DNA from: Stramenopiles sp. TOSAG23-6
Lineage: Eukaryota
Length of the DNA: 32,840 bases
Assembly (NCBI GenBank): GCA_900128565.1
Contig: LT635957.1
Coordinates: forward strand, 1 to 32,840
Reading direction: 5' to 3'
Below the pieces are notes generated by a model. It searched no databases. It was not told where the DNA came from and saw only the letters and a list, made by a program, of their open reading frames with translations. A program made the translations under genes and the position numbers. Positions 1-9,000 of the stretch are shown in pieces. The stretch's first letter is position 1. Each line of letters starts with the position of its first letter.

Positions 1-1
1 A

Positions 2-3000
2 GCAGATGCTGGTGGTAACACAATTGTAGGGGCAACAGATGTTATTACTATTTCTATTGCGCCACCAAATAGTTCTGGTGCTATAATTACCGGTGATTTA
101 ACGAGAGCTGCCGTAAATGGTGTTGCTGATTTCAGTAAAAATTCATCTGGTATAAAAATCAATTTAGCTGGTAGTCATATACTAAAGGCTTCTACTGCTT
201 CAATATCCGGTCTATCGAATACAGTAGTTGTTGCTGCTGGTCCAGCAGCAATATTAACATTAACACAGCCAGAAGTAGAAGTTTTTGATGCTGGAGGGGT
301 AAATTTATGTAGCCATTATAATGGATCTCTTGGTGTAACTATTGTTGATCCAAATACGGGAATAACTAATATGACTATTGATATTATTGGTGGCCGTGCA
401 ATATTCACAAACTTGACTTTAAATCAAAAAGGTTCGTATAATTTGATTGCANNNNNNNNNNNNNNNNNNNNTACTTATCCATTTGGTGTTGAGGGTGCTC
501 GTTTGGAAACAAATGTACCACTAACTGTTACAGTTGGTGATCCTGCTGATCTGGTCTGGACTACCTCAATGTCGCAATGTCTCGGCGGGATTCCTTGTGC
601 AATACAGCCTAAAATAACAATAGTCGATGCGGGTAACAATACTGTTGATACAAATAAAGCCGTTGCAATTTCATTAACGTTTCCGGAATCAGGAGTAACA
701 TTGACTGGTGAAGAGACTAAAATCGAGGCAAAGAATGGAATAGCTGATTTTGGTGCAGAAGACGCACAATTAACTATAGATAAAACAACTGTCGGATTAG
801 CAGAAAAGCATACACTTACTGCGTCGATTGTCTTTGAATCTGTAACCATTTCAAAAACGTCTGATGTATCTGTGGCAATAGGACCCGCGGCACAGCTCCA
901 CTGGCAAACAGGAGCATCAGTATGTCGAGGTGGTGAATTGTGTGATATTCAACCACAGATACATATTCAAGACTTAGGTGGGAATGTCGTCAATGAGTCT
1001 TCTTTAATAGTTATCACAATAGTAACTGGTCCTGTAGGCGGAACTTTAGTGAATGCTACTACTGACGCTACAACAGTGAGTGGAATTGCAAACTTTGCAA
1101 AGCTTGGTATGACAACAAAAGGTAGCTATAAATTAAAAGCCACTTATAAAGACACATCTATATTTAAAGAAACAACTGATGATGTTGTAGTTATTATCGG
1201 TGCACCACATTCTCTCGAGGTAACTACACCACCTTCGACGAGTTCATTCGGTGGTTCGCCATTTGATATTCAACCTGCAGTAAAGTTAATAGATAAAGGT
1301 CTGAATATATGCATGGGTACAGAATATACTGTTATTCCTGTTATTGATGATATGTCTGCAAGTATTTTACCAGTGGGTGCAATAAATATCAAAACAACAA
1401 CTGGAGTTGCCGAATGGGGTGGTGGGACTAATCTTGCTATAAATCTAAAAGGAACATATTCAATGAAATTCAGAGTGAATGCTGTTGAATCTTCATCAAG
1501 TTCAATCACAGTCAGTGTAGGTCCACCAGCAACATTTGAATATGCTACTGTGATAACACAATGTAAAGCAACAGAACCATGTGTAAAACAAGCCATTATA
1601 AAAGTTCTTGATCTTGGTACTAATCTTGTGACTGATGATAGTCAAATGATATCAAAAGTGAAATTATCAATAGTATCAGGTCCGGTTGGTGGTACTTTAT
1701 CAGGTACGGATTCTATTACTGCTGTTGATGGTGTTGCCACTTGGCCTGATGTTGGCGGTATAAAGTTTGATAAGGTTGGAGAATATGTACTCAAGGCAGA
1801 AGGCACCAGAGCAGATGATACAACATTTTCTATTACGTTGAGTAAAATTATTGTATCACATAGTTCTCCTGCAAGTTTAGTATGGACAAAAGAGCTATCA
1901 AATTGTACTGGTGGCATTGCATGTGTGGAACGCCCCAGCGTTACAATACTAGATGCTGGTTTTAATGTATGCACATCATATGTTGAAAAATTAGTGTCTA
2001 TAGTAGATACGTCGTATTTAGATGGCCCATTGAATGATCTGTTAGGTGTAAATGCTCGTAGTGTATCCACGCAAGCTCCTGTAAATGGCATTGCTAACTG
2101 GAGTTCCCCAACGAACGATATTATTTTGAATGAAGCAGGTGATCATAAATTAGTAGCTGTACTGATCGGAACAACTGTAAAGAGTCCAACAAGCACTGTC
2201 ATAGTATCCATTGGTACACCAGACAATTTAGACTGGGATTGGAATGCACCCCAGAACTGCAAAGGAGGAGAACCTTGTGATACTGCAAGGGTTCTCATAA
2301 AAGATAAGGGAGGAAACACAGTAACTTCAGCGACCTCGAAGGTAACAATAGTGATTGATAGTCCAAATAATGGATCTACTTTATCAGGAAATATTCAAGT
2401 GCCAGCTGTATCTGGTATTGCATCTTTTACGGATCTTACTATTGATAAAGCTGCAACGAATTATATTCTTCGAGCTTCAATTACTGACCCAACAAATATA
2501 TTTTCCTTGAGTCCACAAATCAGTGTAGCAATTGGTGCAGTTTCGCACTTGCATTGGTTTACTCAACCTGGATCTTGCCTAGGGGGCTCTCCCTGTTCAG
2601 TCCAACCATTGGTACAAGCACGAGACAAGGGAAACAACGTAGTTATTTCTTACACAGGCGGTCCTACTGTTGTTGTAACAAAAAAGAGTGGAACAGGTTC
2701 CTTGACAGGTACAACAACAATTGCGTTTATAAACGGTGTGGCTGATTTCGCTTTACTTGACATTGCAAATAGACTGACGTTGGATAAAATAGGATCATAC
2801 AGATTGAATGCAAAATCATCTTCGAGTGGCTCCGCTCACTCAGCTAATTCAGGTACATTCAGTGTTACTGCGGGTCAAGCTCATTCTCTCACTTGGTCGA
2901 AAGAGATTGGTACCGGACAATGTAAAGGGGGCGAAAAATGCGAAACTCAACCAGAAATCACACTACTTGATGAGGGAGGAAATGTTGCAACTGGTTCAAC

Positions 3001-6000
3001 AGCGATTGTAACAATAACTATTAACAGCAGTAATCCAGTAAGTAATGGTGCCACTCTCACTGGTACGTCATCAAAGAAGGTTTCGGGAGGCACTGGTAAA
3101 GCAATTTTTACTGATCTTACAATAGATAAAGCACCTGCTACGTACGTTTTAAAAGCTTCAATTACTACACCGACAAGTATACATGCTTTGAGCTCGAGTT
3201 TCAATGTAGAAGTTGGTGCAGTTTCACACTTGCATTGGTTTACTCAACCTGGATCATGCTTAGGGGGTACTCCATGCTCAGTCCAACCATTGATACAAGC
3301 AAGAGATGCAGGAAACAACGTAGTTACTGCTTATACAGGCGGTCCTACTGTTGTTGTAACAAAAAAGAGTGGAACNGGTTCCTTGACAGGTACAACAACA
3401 ATTGCGTTTGTAAATGGTGTGGCTGATTTTGGTCAACTTGATGTTGGAAATAGACTAAAAATAGACAAAATTGGATCTGATTACGTATTGAATGCAAAGT
3501 CATCAGACAATTTACATACATCCGATTCATCTACTATCAGTGTTAATGTAGGATCTGCGACAAGTCTACATGCATCTATAACAATAAGCGGCTGCAAAGG
3601 TGGTTCTATTTGCATTCAACAACCTGTCATTGAAATTCAAGATGCTGGCGGCAACACAAGAACAATGGATTCGTCGTCTTCAATTACAATTAGTATATTC
3701 GATCCATTGGCTGGACAAGAACTATTCGGTGCATCGGGTTTAACATTTAATGCTGTTAAAGGTGTTGTAACATTTAAAGATATCCGAATGACAAAGGAAG
3801 GATTGTATACTCTTCAATTTGTCCAAAAGAACATATTAGATGTTCCATATATAGCTACTGTAGCTACTTTAAAATTATCAACCAATGTAGTAATTGGACC
3901 TGTGGCATCGTTAGAATGGACTCGTCCATTTAAAGATTGTGTTGGGGGGACAATTTGTGTTGAGCAACCGATCGTTACTGCAAAAGATCTTGGAAACAAT
4001 ATTGTCACATCTCTTTCAAAAGATATCACTATACGAAAAACGAGTGGTCCTTCAATAAATGCCAAGTTATCTGGTATAACAACAAAAGTAACGACTGAGA
4101 AAGGTGTTGCTGACTTTAAAGATTCTGGTATGAAGTTTGACATCATTGGAACTTATGAAATTGAAGCTGTTATCATCGATTTAGGAATTGTATCAGTAAA
4201 AGGTTCTATTGAAGTGACTCTGGGTTCAAGGGAAACTATTTCATTCACACAAAATATGTCAGGTTGTCTAGGTGGTGAAATTTGTTCGCAAATGCCGATT
4301 GTAACAATCTATGATGCGGGGGGGAATGTTAAAGCGGATGAGGTCGGTGAGGTGATAATACAAATTAAAACAGGTCCAGTTGGTGGTACATTAAGTATGA
4401 GCGGTGCTGGTGATTTTAAGGCAACTGTGAAAAATGGTCATGCTTCCTTTACTGGTTTATCAATCGATCTTGTGGGCGATTATACTCTTGAGGCGAGTGT
4501 AGATACACATACAGCTCAGAGTGGTGTCGTCGCAGTTTCTGTGGGTTCAGTAGTTGGAGTGAAATGGGACGTTCAGCCAAGTGGGTGCACTGGAGGTTCT
4601 GTATGTTCGACTAGTCCTGTTGTCAAAGTTATTGATAGAGGAGGAAATGCCATTGGCAGTGAGCACTTTGCAGGTAAAGTTCTCATAAGTAAATTTGTAG
4701 GACCTGATTCTCTTCAACCTCCTGGAGTTGGACTAAAAGATGTAAAAGCTAATGGATTAGTTGACTATAGTAGCCCGCACGGAATTATGATGAACGTGGC
4801 GTGCTCAGGCGATGAAAAATGTTATGTGCTCAATGCTGTTGCTCAATTAGATGGGAAGTCAGTTGGGGCTTCTGCTAAATCAGAGGCATTTGCGGTTACA
4901 GTTGGTGATCCTGCAGATCTTGTCTGGACTACCCCTATATCACAATGTTTCGGTGGTAGTCCTTGTGGAACAATGCCTGTGATAAAAATTGTCGATGCGG
5001 GTAACAATACTGTTGATACAAATCTTGCTGTGACAATATCATTAACGTTTCCAAAAAATGATGTTGCACTGTCTGGTGCAAAGACTTCCATCGCGGCAAA
5101 GAATGGAATAGCTGATTTTGGAGCTGAAAACGCACAATTAACTATAGATAAAACAACTGTCGGATTAGCAGAAAAGCATACACTTACTGCAAAGATTGTC
5201 AGTAAATCTGAAACCATTTCTAAATCGTCTGATGTATCTGTGGCAATAGGACCCGCTGCAGGATTTTATTGGCCTGCATCAAAGCAACCATCCGGGTGCA
5301 AAGGCGGTGAATCGTGCAACGTTTCAGAAGTTACACTTGTCGATTTAGGTGGCAACATTGCAAAAGGTTCAACGTCGACTATATCAATAACTATTGACAG
5401 TAGTGATCCAGTAAGTAATGGTGCTACTCTCACTGGTACTACATCGAAGAAGGTATCTACAGGGACTGGTAAGTCAAGTTTTACTGATCTCACAATCGAC
5501 AAAGCACCTGCTACGTATATATTGCAAGCGTCCATAACACATCCGACTAATGCGAGTATAAAAAGTTCAACTATTGCGGTTACTGTTGGAGAAGTTTCAG
5601 ATCTTGCATGGCTACATTATCCTAATAATGCCGAGGGAGGAACAGTTTTTGAACATCAACCAACTTTACGTGTTGTTGACAAAGGTCATAATACTGTTAC
5701 AACATATTCAGGTGCAGTTTATATGAGAAAAAAGGAAACTACATGTGTTACCAGTACTCTTAGTGGAATGTTCCAAATTTCTTTTGTAAAAGGTATTGCA
5801 GATTTCAGTCTCTTAGACAAAACAAAACAATTAAAAATGGATAAGATTGGAACAAATTGTCAATTGAAAGCAACAACAGTGGATAATTTGTATACATCGG
5901 ATTCTTCAGTATTTGCTGTAACAGTCGGCCCTGCAGCTCGATTATCTGTGAGCTCTGCTATTAGTGGTGCTCGAGGCGGAGAAGTGTTTGATAACATGCC

Positions 6001-9000
6001 AGTCATTCAAATACAAGATGCTGGTGGTAATTTATGTATAACAAATAATGACACAACTGTTTCGATTGACACTGTTCCAACTGGTTCATTGCTTGGAACA
6101 CTTGAAGCTAAAACAATCAACGGTATTGCAACTTTTGACAAAGTCAAGAATGCATTAAAAATTTTAACAAAGGGTGTTTATAATCTGGAAGCAACTGCAA
6201 AAGGAAATGAGTTTTTCCCTCGAGTGAGGCCTAATTTCACTATTTCACATTTACACGCACCATCGCCATGGACCGTAAATGTTCAGATAGGAAAAGTTGT
6301 AAGTTTACAATGGGCCAGAGGATTTTCGTCGTGCTCAGGAGGAGTTCCGTGTATTCAAATGCCCATCGTTAGTTTACACGACATGGGAGGGAACATTGTA
6401 TTAAATGATGATACTGACATGGAGGTAAATATTGCTATAGGTGATGTATCACCAAATGGAAGTTCTGCGATTGCTGGAACAACATTAATACAAACTAATT
6501 CTGGAATGGCTGATTTTACAGGAAAGGGGTTAATCTTTGATAAAGCTGGTGATTACGAAGTAGTAGCTACGTGGGCTGACAAAGCTTCAAAAGGCGCTAT
6601 AGAAGAGTCAAAAGGTATTTCAACAAGTATATCGTCGCCTCCTTTAATGGTGGCTGTTTCTGTCGGTGCAAGTAGTCATATAGAATGGACAAAACTTCCT
6701 GGTGAGTGTGAAGGTGGACATGCTTGTAAAGTACATGCAGAAATAAAAATATTTGATAAAGGCGGCAATGTCGTGTTAAGTGAAGATGGTAATGAGGTAT
6801 CTATAACGATTCATCATTCATCATTGAATAAATCCCAATCTGGTCAAATATTAACAGGCACGTCTGATAAAGTGGTCGCTGTATTTAAAGATGGTAAAGC
6901 TCAATTTCCAAATTTAATCATCGATAAAGTTGATACGTATATTTTAACCGCTTCTACATCAGGAATTGCGCCAGTCCAAAGCTCGGTTATAACAGTAAAA
7001 GTTGGTGATGTAGAAAATGTACAATGGGCTAATGATTTGACTGGCTGTATTGGAGCAGAAGTATGCAATCAAGCAATTTTGTATGCTACTGATAGAGGAG
7101 GTAATATTGTTCCTACATTTACAGAAAATATTAAATTTCAATTGAAAGATGAATTAGGTGCAACGTTAAAAACGTTGGAGGGTAAATCGTGGGCTCTAGG
7201 TCATGTGTGTTCCCCGCATTGCGAGAAATCTTTTGTAAAGGGTATTGCTACACTCAATGATGTTGCAATTGATCGAGTTGGTACGTATGTCATCGTTGCG
7301 AGTATCCCAAGTGTCCTTGATGATGAAGGAAACCCTATTCAACAACAATCAGGAAGCATTACCGTCGCCAGCGGTCATCCTTTTCAATTATTTTGGAGTC
7401 AACGGTTGAGCGGATGCAGAGGAGGCGAACAATGTGATATTATGCCTTTTATTGAAATTCAGGATAAGGGTAGAAATAGAGTTGAAGCAGAGACATCAAA
7501 AGTTACACTTCAATTACTCACTTATCCTGATGCTGCAAAGGATTTGGATAGTAACAAGAGACTTGTGGGGGACTTTCTACAAAAGAATGCAGTTAATGGA
7601 ATAGCTGATTTTAGCACTGCGAAAATAAAGCTTCCAATTGTTGGTGATTATAACATTGAGGCATCTGTGGGTGGTAAAATGGGGAAGATTTCAAGCGCAA
7701 TTCAGTTCACAGTTTCTGTAGGTTTTCCAGTAGAAGTACGTTGGACATTGAATCCTAATGAGTGCGTAAGTATGCTTCCATGCAAAATTCATCCAAAGAT
7801 CACATTGTATGACTTGGGTGGTAATATTGCAATTCCAGCAACAGAAGCGGATAGTAGAAACGTATCAATTTCTATAGTAAGTGCACCTAAAACAAGAAAG
7901 GGAAAAGCAGCGTCCTTGTTTGGAACTACCTCATCAAAGGCATTGAATGGTGTTGCTGATTTTGCTTCGAATGTAGATAAGTTGACAATGGATGCCACGG
8001 GAAAATATAAATTGAAAGCATCTTTCATTTCAAAGGGTGGAAATATTGAGTACAGTGCAACATCTGCGGAGTTTTCCGTTGCTGTTGGCGCAGAATCATC
8101 TTTAGAATGGGTATCTACCTTTACTGGATGTGTCGGTGGTTCTCAATGTAATACGTATGGCTCCGTTGAGGTACTCGATGCAGGAGGCAATTTAGTAACC
8201 GAATCAAGCACTTCAATAACCGTAGCTATCGATAGTCCTACCGACAATGATTCTACATTGAAAGGCACCGTAACAAAGTCTCTTTCAAAAACAGGAATTG
8301 CTCATTTTGATGATTTAGTTATAGACAAGGCACATTCAAAATATATATTACGCGCATCAACGCCAGCGCCACTCAGTCTCGCTGTAAATAGTAGTTCGTT
8401 TGCTGTAGTAGTAGGTCCACCTCATGTACTTGTGTGGCAAAAGAAAATCTCAGGTTGTTTCGGAGGTACTTCGTGCAAAGTTCAACCGATAGTCGTCGTG
8501 GAGGATAAAGGTGGTAACACCGTTGTGCCTGCGTACGGAGGGGAAATAACATTGAAAATGGAAGCTGGACCGTCGGGTATTACTTCACCTGGGGGACATG
8601 TATCAGCTGCTGGATCATTACGTGGTGATTTAGTTCGTTCGTGTTCATCAGGATCATCCAATTGGGGAGATACTGATGTATCGAAACCATTGGTATTTGA
8701 TACTAGTGGTATATATAGTGTGTCAGCATGTGTCGCATTATATGATGATACAAACAAAAATAGTTCAAATAAAGTGGTACTCCCATGTGTAAATGAAAGT
8801 GTTGATGTGCTGATTGGAGAAGCTAGTCAATTAGAATGGACAGCCAATGCCGAAGGATGTCATGGAGGACAAAAGTGTTATCAAAATCCAGTGGTTTCAA
8901 TTCTTGATGCAGGTTCAAATGTTGTTACTACTTCATTCTCTCATGTTGTATTGAGTATATCTGAAGGACCAGCAAACGGTGAAGTTAGTGCTGGAGTGAT

